From NCBI GenBank assembly GCA_963807405.1, contig CAWEBU010000006.1, forward strand, positions 1,726,527 through 1,790,526: 64,000 bases of DNA. Reading direction: 5' to 3'. Below, piece after piece: positions 17,820 through 26,359 of this stretch. The notes beneath the pieces were generated by a model. It did not search any database and had not been told where the DNA came from. It saw only the letters and a list, made by a program, of their open reading frames with translations. The position numbers were made by a program, and so were the translations under genes. Positions within the stretch are counted from its first letter, which is position 1; the number at the start of each line of letters is the position of its first letter. The stretch comes from an uncultured Acidobacteriota bacterium (GTDB lineage Bacteria > Acidobacteriota > Vicinamibacteria > Vicinamibacterales > UBA2999).

Positions 17820-20321
17820 TTACTGGTGGGCCGGCGCCGGCGCGGTGGTAGTCCGCTCGGCGCCTTCCACACGACTCATGCGGAACGCGGGCGACGTGAC
17901 GACTCCGAGCAGGTAGGCCGACATCCGGTTGTCCTGCTTGCCGGCCTCGCGGACGATCTTGCGGACCGCCGGCATGTCGAACGATTCCATCCTGCGGCCG
18001 GTGGCGTAGGTCATGAGGCGCTCCGTGAAGCTCAGGAGGATCGCATCCTTGTGCTTCAGCAGCGCATCGCCCAGGTCAATCGGGCCGTTCATCTGCGTGC
18101 CGTCGTAGAGCTCGCCGACGGCATCGACCGGCACTTCGCTGTCCTTGATGCGCCAGGCGCCGGTCACGTCGAAGTTCTCGAGGGCCAGGCCGAGCGGGTC
18201 GATCACCTTGTGGCACGACATGCACGCCGGGTTGGCCCGGTGCTGCTCCATGCGCTCGCGCACCGAGAGCAGGCGGCCGCCGGCCGCGCCACCGGTCTCT
18301 TCGAGCGCCGGCACATTGGGCGGCGGCGCCGGCGGCGGCGAGCCGAGCAGCACCTCCATCACCCACTTGCCGCGCTGCACCGGGGAGGTCCGATCCGCCA
18401 CCGACGTCAGCAGCAGCACGCTGCCGTGACCGAGGATGCCGCGGCGGCCGGGCGGCGTCGGCACCCGGCGGAACTCGGCCCCCATCACGTTCGGAATGCC
18501 GTAGTGGCGCGCCACGCGCTCGTTGACGAACGTGTAGTCGGCGCGCAGCAGGTCGAGCACGCTGCGGTCCTCGCGCACGATGCTGTCGAAGAAGCGCTCG
18601 GTCTCCTCGACCAGGTTCTCGGCCAGCGTGTAGTCCCAGTGCGGATAGAGCAACGCATCGGGACGGATCTTCTCGACGTCCTGCAGGCGCAGCCACTGAC
18701 GCGCGAACCGCGTCGAGAGCGCCTTCGACCGCGGGTCGGCGATCATGCGGCGCACCTCGGCTTCGAGACCCGCGTTGGTCTTGAGCGCGCCGGAGGTGGC
18801 GGCGGCCACCAGTGCCGCGTCGGGGCCGCTGCCCCACAGGAAATAAGACATCCGCGACGCCAGATCCAGATCGGCCACGCGGAACGTGTCACCGACCTTG
18901 GCCGTGGCCGGCGGCTGCTCCAGGCGGAACACGAAGCGGGGGCTGGCCAGCAGCGCCTCGAGGGCGGTCTCGATGCCGGCTTCGAAATCGGCGCCGTCAC
19001 GGCCCTTCTCGTAGAAGCCGATCAGCCCCTGGATCCCGGCGGTGGAAACCGGCTCGCGGTAGGCCTGCGAGGCCAGGCGCTTCAGGATCTCGGTGGCGCA
19101 CGGCAGCTCCTCGGCGAGCGATGTGGGCCGGCAGCTGAACACCTTGCGGCGGCTCACCGTGTCGGACACGCCGGTGACCTGGAACGGACCGCTGATGCTG
19201 AAGTCGCGCACGTGCGGCAGGGTCGTGATGCCGAAGCCGCTCCCGATCTGCGAATCGGCGAGCGTGTAGTCCTGGGGCGCCAGGATGTCGTCGACCGGCG
19301 CCTCGAACTGGCGCAGGAACGCGGCCGACACGCGCTGCGGACCAGCGCTCACGTGCACGCGCGGCGACTGCAGGTTCATGCCGTTGACGTCCTGCTCGCT
19401 CATCGACGGATCGATGTCCATGATCGCGACCCGCGAGCCGTTGATCGAGATTTCGATCTTCTCGCCGCGGGCGATGCTGCCGTAGAGCTGTCCGGTCGGA
19501 ATCGAGTGCAGCATCACGCGGAAGCTGTACTGGCCGTCGGCCGGGAACACGTGCACGAGCGAGACGCCACCGCGTGTGCCGAGCGGCGCCCCTTCGATGT
19601 GCACCATCTGCGACTGCGTGCGCGGCACCTTGTAGGTCGCCTCGGTCGGCGCCGAATCGGGATCGCCGAGCGCGAGCTGCGTGATGCGGCCGGCCGCGCG
19701 CAGGTAACCCTCCATCAGCGTCGGCGAGAAGCTCTGAGCGTCGGCCACGTTGTCGAAGCCGTTGCTGATCGTGTCGGCCGGCAGGAACGCCGAGACGTCG
19801 ACGTCGATGCCGAGCAGGTTCTTCACGGCGACCGCGTATTCCGCGCGGTTCAGCCGCTGGAACGGCCGCCAGCCGGGGTTCGGATTGACCGCCGCCAGTT
19901 CGTCCATCCGCGATTCGAGCGCCGTCGTCAGCGCGTCGATGGTGGCGGCATCGGGCCGCCGTGCACCGGCCGGCGGCATCATGCCGGCGCGCAGCTTGCG
20001 GATCATCTTCTCGATGACTTCCGGCTGCTCGTGCGCTTTCATGGCACTGAAGTCGGCGAGCACGAGCCCGCCGGCCTTGCCACGCGTGCTGTGGCAGGTG
20101 GCGCGGTACTGGGTGACGAGCTCGCTCTGCGCGGCAGCGGACAGTCCGCTCGCGTGCGAGGGCGTCGGGGCCTGCGCGGCGGCGCGACGGGCCGGGGCGG
20201 GGGCGGCCGCTCGCGTGGCCACCTCGGCCGCGACGGGCGGGGTCTGGCGCCCGGCGGCAGCCACCACGAGCCCGGCTCCGGCCACGGCGGTGATCGCGAT
20301 GGCGAACGTGAACTGTCTCAT
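17820..20321 (-). CDS. Multi-domain cytochrome-like PSD protein, module A (first haem-motif Cys replaced by Arg)
   Basis: 833-aa ORF with a GGAGG RBS upstream of the ATG at 20321. The N-terminal motif reads YRATCH (CGC at 20103..20105) where the paralogs have YCATCH. The C-terminal CMSCH motif is intact. Confidence 0.85.
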   Translation of the reverse strand: MRQFTFAIAITAVAGAGLVVAAAGRQTPPVAAEVATRAAAPAPARRAAAQAPTPSHASGLSAAAQSELVTQYRATCHSTRGKAGGLVLADFSAMKAHEQPEVIEKMIRKLRAGMMPPAGARRPDAATIDALTTALESRMDELAAVNPNPGWRPFQRLNRAEYAVAVKNLLGIDVDVSAFLPADTISNGFDNVADAQSFSPTLMEGYLRAAGRITQLALGDPDSAPTEATYKVPRTQSQMVHIEGAPLGTRGGVSLVHVFPADGQYSFRVMLHSIPTGQLYGSIARGEKIEISINGSRVAIMDIDPSMSEQDVNGMNLQSPRVHVSAGPQRVSAAFLRQFEAPVDDILAPQDYTLADSQIGSGFGITTLPHVRDFSISGPFQVTGVSDTVSRRKVFSCRPTSLAEELPCATEILKRLASQAYREPVSTAGIQGLIGFYEKGRDGADFEAGIETALEALLASPRFVFRLEQPPATAKVGDTFRVADLDLASRMSYFLWGSGPDAALVAAATSGALKTNAGLEAEVRRMIADPRSKALSTRFARQWLRLQDVEKIRPDALLYPHWDYTLAENLVEETERFFDSIVREDRSVLDLLRADYTFVNERVARHYGIPNVMGAEFRRVPTPPGRRGILGHGSVLLLTSVADRTSPVQRGKWVMEVLLGSPPPAPPPNVPALEETGGAAGGRLLSVRERMEQHRANPACMSCHKVIDPLGLALENFDVTGAWRIKDSEVPVDAVGELYDGTQMNGPIDLGDALLKHKDAILLSFTERLMTYATGRRMESFDMPAVRKIVREAGKQDNRMSAYLLGVVTSPAFRMSRVEGAERTTTAPAPAHQ

Positions 20322-20383
20322 GAGCGCCTCCGCATGAATCGCGCTAAGTAACTGATTTCACACACCAACACCCCGTCAGTATA

Positions 20384-20405
20384 CGGCGTAAATGGGGCGT
20401 AACAG
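20384..20405. promoter_or_regulatory. Adjacent 11-nt direct repeat (GGCGTAAATGG GGCGTAACAGG) in the divergent intergenic region
   Basis: Seen directly in the relatively AT-rich spacer 20322..20514, between the start of the module array (20321, minus) and msrA (20515, plus). A regulatory function is inferred only from position. Confidence 0.3.
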
Positions 20406-20514
20406 GCCATCGGCACGCCATTTGAGGTCTGAAGATGTCTCAGCGTGTCATTTCCGCCCGATGGGCGGCGTTTCCCGAATCTTCCCACGCCTTTCTGGCG
20501 TCAAATCACCCGAA

Positions 20515-21519
20515 ATGTCTGCCATGAAGATCACCGACCTGTTCGGCGGCGGCGTGCCGGACGTGACCAACTTCCCCTCCCCCACGCTGGACGTCTCGCC
20601 CGGCCCGGACACGCCGCCCACGGCCGTGCTGGCCGGCGGGTGCTTCTGGTGCACCGAGGCCGTCTTCCTCCCCCTGGACGGCGTCAGCGCGGTCGTCTCG
20701 GGCTACATCGGCGGCGCCGCCGACACCGCCACCTACGAAGCCGTCTGTTCGGGCTCGACCGGCCATGCCGAGGCCATTCGCATCACCTTCGCCCCGGAGG
20801 TGATCTCCTATGGACAGCTGCTGCGGGTGTTCTTCGCCGTCGCACACGACCCGACCCAGCTGAACCGTCAGGGGAATGACCGTGGCACGCAGTACCGGTC
20901 GGCGATCTTCCCGGTCGACGCCGAGCAGCGAGCCGTGGCCGAGGCCTACATCGCCCAACTGGACGCCGCCGGCGTCCTCGGGGCGCCGATTGCCACGACG
21001 GTCGAGCCGGAAGCGCCGTTCTACGCCGCCGAGGACTATCACCAGAACTACGCGGCGCGGAATCCCCATCAGCCGTACGTGGCGGCGGTGGCCGCCCCCA
21101 AGGTCGAGAAGCTGCACAAGTACCTTCGGCGACCGGCTGAAGACCTAGCCGCACCGCTCGCTGCCGCGGTCGAGCCAGTCGACGTCGCGGCCCCGCCACT
21201 CGTGGCGGCCGCACGAACCGCGGGCCGCCGGCTGCGTCATCTCCAGCAGGAGACACCAGCCGTGACGCAGACGTTTCGTGCCGCGACGTTTCTCGTGAAG
21301 GCGCCGTTCATCCTGGCGTTCCTGTTCGTCATCAACCTGCTCACGTCGCCGGGGCACTGGTGGGTGCAGTGGGCCGCGCTCGGCCTGGGCATCGCCTGGC
21401 TGGTGAGCCTGATGCGGGTGCTGCGGGCGGTGGTTCTCGCCGGCGGCCTGGCCGCCGTGGCGGCGGTGCTGCTGCGACACCGCCGCGGCGACGACGGCGG
21501 CGATTCGCGGGCAATCTAA
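20515..21519 (+). CDS. msrA: Peptide-methionine (S)-S-oxide reductase MsrA with a C-terminal 2TM-type membrane extension
   Basis: GGCFWC active-site motif, [12 protein letters not shown] and YHQNY. The C-terminal ~90 aa contain [35 protein letters not shown] (two hydrophobic helices). The start at ATG 20515 or 20524 is inferred. Confidence 0.8.
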   Translation: MSAMKITDLFGGGVPDVTNFPSPTLDVSPGPDTPPTAVLAGGCFWCTEAVFLPLDGVSAVVSGYIGGAADTATYEAVCSGSTGHAEAIRITFAPEVISYGQLLRVFFAVAHDPTQLNRQGNDRGTQYRSAIFPVDAEQRAVAEAYIAQLDAAGVLGAPIATTVEPEAPFYAAEDYHQNYAARNPHQPYVAAVAAPKVEKLHKYLRRPAEDLAAPLAAAVEPVDVAAPPLVAAARTAGRRLRHLQQETPAVTQTFRAATFLVKAPFILAFLFVINLLTSPGHWWVQWAALGLGIAWLVSLMRVLRAVVLAGGLAAVAAVLLRHRRGDDGGDSRAI

Positions 21520-21794
21520 GGCCCGCGCGACGGCGCGCGCCTGGCCCGATGTCCCGCGGCGTGCTCTGGGCCGAGGCGCATGCCACGATCGAGGCGCCCG
21601 TGCTCGACGACAGCCCGTGGCCGCAGGCGGGGCGGCAAGTGGCGCCGCTCGGCTTCGCCCCGCCGTCCCGGTCGGCGTGCTGGCCCCCACCAACGCGCCC
21701 GGTCTGCCGTGGCTGATGGCGCTCGGCGCCGCCATCGCGGGAGGGGCCGGGACGCTACGCGTGGACCCCGGCGCCGTCGAAGTAAGATTTCGCC

Positions 21795-24596
21795 GTGACC
21801 CGGATCCGCGCCGCCCTGCTGCCAGGCCTGGCCTGTCTCGTCGTGGGGGCCGCCGGCTGGGCGTCGCGCGCCGAACTCGACGAGGTGATCGTGGGCGGCA
21901 CGCGGCAGCGCATCGCGCTCGTGCCGTCGTGGCAACCACTGCTCGCGTTCCTCGTGCTGGCGGCGGTGGTGCTGGCCGGCGTCGTGGTGGCGAGGTCCCG
22001 CCGTCGCTCCACGTCACCGCCGGCCCTGGCCACCCTGGTGCTGCCGACCTTCGGACTCGCTGCGTTGGCCGTGCCCTACCTGCCGGTCGTGCCCGACTGG
22101 TGGCCCGCCCTGCAGGCACTGGCCGGCCCGGGACTGTGGATGATCTGGGCGCTGGTCGCGGCCCAGCTCGTGTGGACGGCGTGGCCGCATCTCGGCGGCC
22201 TCGCCACCTGGTGCGCCAGCCGTCGCCTGCTCACGCAGACGGCCGCCATCTGGCTCGTCACCGCCGCGGCCGCGGGCCTGACAGCCAGCCGGCTGACGAG
22301 CACCCCCCTCTTCCCGTCGGGCGACGAACCGCACTATCTCATCATGGCGCAGAGCCTCGGCGTCGACGGCAATCTGCGCATCGAGAACAATCACCAGACC
22401 CGGGACTACGCCGCCTACTTCGGACGCGACCTCGACCCGCACTACCTGACGCGCGGCCGCGATGGCGAGATCTACTCGGTGCACCCGGTGGGCATGCCGG
22501 TCCTCATCACGCCGGTCTACGCGCTCGGCGGCTACCAACTCGTCGTCGCCTTCTTCGTGGCCATGGCCGCCACCGCGGCCACGCTCATGTGGCGCTGGGC
22601 CGTGGCGCTCGCGGGCACGCTCGGCACGCCGACGCTCGCCTGGGCGGCCATCACGCTGTCGGCGCCGTTCCTCGTCAACGCGGTCACCATCTATCCCGAA
22701 GTGCCGGCCGCCCTCGTGGTGGCGCTCGCCATCGTGCTCGCGCTGCGGGTCACGCCGGACGCGCGCCCATGGCACGACATCGTCATCGGGCTGCTGGCGG
22801 GCACGCTGCCGTGGCTCAGCACCAAGTACGCGCCGATGTCCGCCGCCCTGATGGCGGTGGCGCTCGGGCGCCGCGTGTGGCCGCTGCACGCCGGCGAAGC
22901 GCGCTGGAACGTGGCCGGCGCGCTGCGGCTCGCCGCCCCGTACGGCCTGAGCCTGCTCGGGTGGTTCGCGTTCTTCTACGCCTACTGGGGCACGCCGATG
23001 CCGAGCGCGCCCTACGGCGCGATGGTGCAGACCGAGATCGCCAACACCGTGTTCGGCGTGCCGGGGCTGCTCTTCGATCAGGAGTACGGGCTGCTCGTCT
23101 ATGCGCCGGCGTACGTGCTGGCCGGGGCCGGATTCTGGGCGATGATGCGGCGGCCCGGGCCGCTGCGGCGCGTCGGTCTCGAGCTGCTCCTGGTGTTCGC
23201 GGCGCTCATCGGCACGGTCGGAGCATTCCGCATCTGGTGGGGCGGCTCGGGGGCGCCCGCCCGTCCCCTGATGTCGGGACTGCTCGTCCTGCTGCTGCCG
23301 CTGACGGTCCAACTCGGCACGGCGGCCGCCGGCTCGGCGCGCCGCGCCGCTCAGCACCTGCTCGTCTGGAGCGGCGTCTGCCTGAGCGCCGTGCTCGTAC
23401 TCGAGGAGAGCGGCTTCCTGCTCGCCAACGGGCGCGACGGCACCTCGACCCTGCTGGCATGGTTGTCGCCGCGCTGGCCGCTGTGGCGGCTCGTGCCGAC
23501 CTTCATCGAACACGAAGCGGGCCGTGCCCTGATCGACGTCGGCGCCTGGGTCGTGATCGCGGCCGTCGCGTCGTGGGCGCTGGCGCGTGTCACCGTCAGG
23601 ACGCGCGGCGCGGCGTCGCTCGTCGCACTCGCCGCCGGCGCGGCCACGCTGGTGGCCGGCTCCACCGCCATGCGGCTGCTGCCGGCGGCCGACCCGCCAC
23701 TGCCGGGCATCGACCTCGCCGCGCGCGCGCGGCTGCCGGCCCTCGACACCTTCGACCATCGCATCCGGCCGCTGGCGGTCCACTACGCGCCGTTCTCCGT
23801 CGAGAGCGCGATGGCCTCCGGCGTCGAGTCGTCGCTGTCCGTCGGGGCCGCTCCCGGGCTGCGGCCCGAGCCGCAGCCGCTGCGCGTCATCCACAACGGC
23901 CGCTTCTCGCTGCCAGCCGGCCACTACCGCGCCGTCATCCAGTGGGCCGCCCGCGATCCGCTGCCGGCACCCGCCGGCGCGCAGGTCGGCCTGCAGGTGG
24001 GCCGCATCGGCGCAGCGCTCACGACCTGGACCGTCACGCCGGTGCCGAACGGGGTGTGGTCGGAAGCGTTCTGGCTACCGGTGGACAGCGGCTTCGTCGG
24101 CCTGCGCGGCACGAGCGACGTCGAGCGCTCGATTGCCTCGCTGCGCTTCGAAGCCGTGGACATCGTGGACCTCGGGGCCAGGCCCAGGACGCCCCCGGTG
24201 CTGGCGGCGGCCGCTTACGGCGACGCCCTCGTGCTTTTTCACGACGAGACCACGTATCCGGAATCCGAGGGTTTCTGGACGACGGGCCAGCGACCGGCAC
24301 GCATCTCGGTGGCGTGCCCCAACGGCTGCACGGGCGGCATCAGCCTGCGGGTGCACAGCGGCAAGCGTCCCAACCACCTGCGGGTCGCATCCTCGGGATG
24401 GAGCCACGAGGTCGACCTGCAGGGCGAGGCGGCCGTCGACATCCCGGTGCCGGCGCCCGCCTCCGGCGGCGTCATCCAGCTCGAGTTCACCACCTCGACG
24501 GGCTTCGTGCCGATCGACGTCGATCCGGCCACGCGGGACCGCCGCTATCTGGGCGTGTGGATCACGCCGGCCGTGACGGCCAAGGAGACGCCCTGA
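21795..24596 (+). CDS. Large polytopic membrane protein, putative GT-C-fold (ArnT/PMT-like) glycosyltransferase with a C-terminal extracytoplasmic domain
   Basis: 933-aa ORF (GTG start). It has many hydrophobic segments and an early loop motif SGDEPHYLIMAQSLGVDGNL, resembling the DE-containing first loop of GT-C enzymes. The family call is from motif memory only. Confidence 0.5.
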   Translation: MTRIRAALLPGLACLVVGAAGWASRAELDEVIVGGTRQRIALVPSWQPLLAFLVLAAVVLAGVVVARSRRRSTSPPALATLVLPTFGLAALAVPYLPVVPDWWPALQALAGPGLWMIWALVAAQLVWTAWPHLGGLATWCASRRLLTQTAAIWLVTAAAAGLTASRLTSTPLFPSGDEPHYLIMAQSLGVDGNLRIENNHQTRDYAAYFGRDLDPHYLTRGRDGEIYSVHPVGMPVLITPVYALGGYQLVVAFFVAMAATAATLMWRWAVALAGTLGTPTLAWAAITLSAPFLVNAVTIYPEVPAALVVALAIVLALRVTPDARPWHDIVIGLLAGTLPWLSTKYAPMSAALMAVALGRRVWPLHAGEARWNVAGALRLAAPYGLSLLGWFAFFYAYWGTPMPSAPYGAMVQTEIANTVFGVPGLLFDQEYGLLVYAPAYVLAGAGFWAMMRRPGPLRRVGLELLLVFAALIGTVGAFRIWWGGSGAPARPLMSGLLVLLLPLTVQLGTAAAGSARRAAQHLLVWSGVCLSAVLVLEESGFLLANGRDGTSTLLAWLSPRWPLWRLVPTFIEHEAGRALIDVGAWVVIAAVASWALARVTVRTRGAASLVALAAGAATLVAGSTAMRLLPAADPPLPGIDLAARARLPALDTFDHRIRPLAVHYAPFSVESAMASGVESSLSVGAAPGLRPEPQPLRVIHNGRFSLPAGHYRAVIQWAARDPLPAPAGAQVGLQVGRIGAALTTWTVTPVPNGVWSEAFWLPVDSGFVGLRGTSDVERSIASLRFEAVDIVDLGARPRTPPVLAAAAYGDALVLFHDETTYPESEGFWTTGQRPARISVACPNGCTGGISLRVHSGKRPNHLRVASSGWSHEVDLQGEAAVDIPVPAPASGGVIQLEFTTSTGFVPIDVDPATRDRRYLGVWITPAVTAKETP

Positions 24597-25231
24597 TGGC
24601 GATTGCCGATCTTCGACGCGACTACCGCGCGCGCTCCCTCTCGGAGGACGACGCTGCCGCCGATCCGCTCGTGCTCCTGCGCCAGTGGCTCGACGACGCC
24701 GTGCGCGCGGAGCTGCCCGATGCCACCGCGATGACGCTGGCCACCGCCTCGCCCGACGGCCTCCCCGACGCCCGCATCGTGCTGCTCAAGGACATCGCCC
24801 CCGAGGGCCTGACGTTCTTCACGAACTACGACAGCGCGAAAGGGCAGGCGCTCGCCGCTAACCCACGCGCGAGCCTGGTCTGTTTCTGGGCCGAACTCGA
24901 GCGTCAGGTCCGGGTGTCGGGTACGGTCACGCGAGTCGAGGACGCGGTGAGCGATGCCTACTTCCTGTCGCGGCCGCTCGACAGCCAGTACGGCGCGTGG
25001 GCCTCGCCGCAAAGCCAGGTCATCCCCGATCGCGCGGTCCTCGAGGCGCGGATGGCCGAGGTGCGAACGCGCTTTGCCGGCGGGCCCGCCACGCGGCCGG
25101 GTCACTGGGGCGGCTATCTGGTCGCGCCGGCGTGGATCGAGTTCTGGCAGGGACGTCCCAACCGCCTGCACGACCGGCTGCGCTATCACCGCGACGGCGC
25201 GGCGTGGTCGATCGCACGTCTGGCGCCGTAG
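24596..25231 (+). CDS. pdxH: Pyridoxamine 5'-phosphate oxidase
   Basis: The ATG at 24596 overlaps the upstream TGA (ATGA-type overlap). The sequence ends ...EFWQGRPNRLHDRLRYHRDG..., the typical PdxH C-terminal signature. Confidence 0.9.
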   Translation: MAIADLRRDYRARSLSEDDAAADPLVLLRQWLDDAVRAELPDATAMTLATASPDGLPDARIVLLKDIAPEGLTFFTNYDSAKGQALAANPRASLVCFWAELERQVRVSGTVTRVEDAVSDAYFLSRPLDSQYGAWASPQSQVIPDRAVLEARMAEVRTRFAGGPATRPGHWGGYLVAPAWIEFWQGRPNRLHDRLRYHRDGAAWSIARLAP

Positions 25232-25244
25232 CTGTCCCAGGAAG

Positions 25245-25384
25245 TTGTAACGGGGTCTGTCACCGTCAGGATTTGTAACGGGGTCTGTCACGGTCACCAG
25301 ATGTCACGGGCGTCTGTCACGGTTGCAGTTGGTGACGGTGACAGACCCCGTTACAAATCCTGACGGTGACAGACCCCGTTACAA
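25245..25384. repeat. Long nested inverted repeat (47-nt perfect arms, extendable to 54 nt with one mismatch) built from GTAACGGGGTCTGTCAC units
   Basis: The left arm 25245..25291 is the exact reverse complement of the right arm 25338..25384. Each arm contains two copies of the unit, and the 32-nt loop contains a degenerate fifth copy. It lies between convergent pdxH (end 25231) and the PhzF-family gene (end 25389). Confidence 0.9.
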
Positions 25385-25388
25385 GCGA

Positions 25389-26306
25389 CTACCAGGTAAT
25401 CGTGCCCTCTCCGACGCGGACGGCGGTCCCGCCGACGTGCACACGGCCGATGTCGGCCGGCGACGACGCCTCGACGCGCACGTGGATGCGGCTCGGCCGT
25501 CCCATCTTCACGCCCTGCACGCTGACGATGCCGCCGGCGGCGGCGGCGAGCGGCACGACGCCGTGGCGCACGAGGTAGCCTCCGAGTGGGCCGCTGGCCC
25601 CGCCGGTGGCCGGATCCTCGACGACGCCGGCCTCCGGCGTGAACATCCGGCTGTAGACGGTCGCCCCATCGGCGCCGGCCTCCGGGCTGAACACGAAGAC
25701 GCCGACGTGATCGCCGCCGAAGGCACTCTTCAGGCGGCGCATGGCGGCGCCGTCCGGCTCGCAGGCATCGACCGCGGCCCGCGTGGCCAGCGGCACGTAG
25801 AAGAAGGCGGCCCCGCACGAAGCTTCTTCCACCGGCAGGCCGGTCGCCGACCACGCCGCCGGATCGGCGTCGATGGCCGCCACCACCTCGCGGGCCGCCA
25901 CGCCTGAGGCGCGGAACTCCGGGCGTCCCTGATCCATCCACGCCATCGTCAGGCCCTCGCCGCCCCACTCGAGCGCAACGCCGGTCGGGCCGATGTTCAG
26001 GCCGAACACCCAGCGAGGCCGTGCGCGCGGGATGACGCCGAGCGCGGCCAGTGCGAACGTCGTGCCGATCGTCGGATGCCCGGCCATCGGCATCTCGCGC
26101 GCCGGCGTGAAGATGCGCATGCGGACGTCGGTGTCGGGCGAGGCCGCCGGCAGCACGAACGTGCTCTCGGCGAAGTTCATCTCGTTGGTGAGGGTCTGCA
26201 TCTCGCGCGCCTCGAGGCCTTCGGCGTCGAGGAACACCGCGAGCTGATTGCCTTCGAAGGGCCGCGACGTGAAGACGTCGTAGTGCAGATAGCGGGCGGT
26301 CGGCAT
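25389..26306 (-). CDS. PhzF-family isomerase/epimerase-like protein
   Basis: 305-aa ORF. N-terminus YLHYDVFTSRPFEGNQLAVF...MNFAESTF and MPMAGHPTIGT are typical of the PhzF family. Confidence 0.8.
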   Translation of the reverse strand: MPTARYLHYDVFTSRPFEGNQLAVFLDAEGLEAREMQTLTNEMNFAESTFVLPAASPDTDVRMRIFTPAREMPMAGHPTIGTTFALAALGVIPRARPRWVFGLNIGPTGVALEWGGEGLTMAWMDQGRPEFRASGVAAREVVAAIDADPAAWSATGLPVEEASCGAAFFYVPLATRAAVDACEPDGAAMRRLKSAFGGDHVGVFVFSPEAGADGATVYSRMFTPEAGVVEDPATGGASGPLGGYLVRHGVVPLAAAAGGIVSVQGVKMGRPSRIHVRVEASSPADIGRVHVGGTAVRVGEGTITW

Positions 26307-26359
26307 GGCGGCATCGTATGTCCGGCGCCGTCGCGACCGTGCACTACAATCGCGCCCTG

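Noticed and set aside
16476-20351. Very long plus-strand ORFs opposite the module genes (1291 aa here). Others are 7900..10482, 11922..14591, 954..2192, 6322..7878, 54863..56932, 56683..58326 and 61284..63443.
   Set aside because: They are antisense to genes with clear family motifs. Their translations are Arg/Gly/Ala/Asp-rich low-complexity sequence with no motifs. Stop codons are rare in all frames at this GC content, so these are shadow ORFs.
21520-21794. A 275-nt gap between msrA and the membrane-protein gene, with overlapping small ORFs.
   Set aside because: All candidate ORFs are Arg/Pro/Ala-rich with no RBS or motif. No repeat or structure could be supported by eye.
21617-24595. The upstream portion of the 1204-aa plus-strand track ORF (21617..25231), overlapping the membrane-protein gene in another frame.
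   Set aside because: Only its last 211 codons (pdxH, from 24596) are meaningful. The rest is an alternative-frame shadow of 21795..24596, which has coherent TM-helix sequence.
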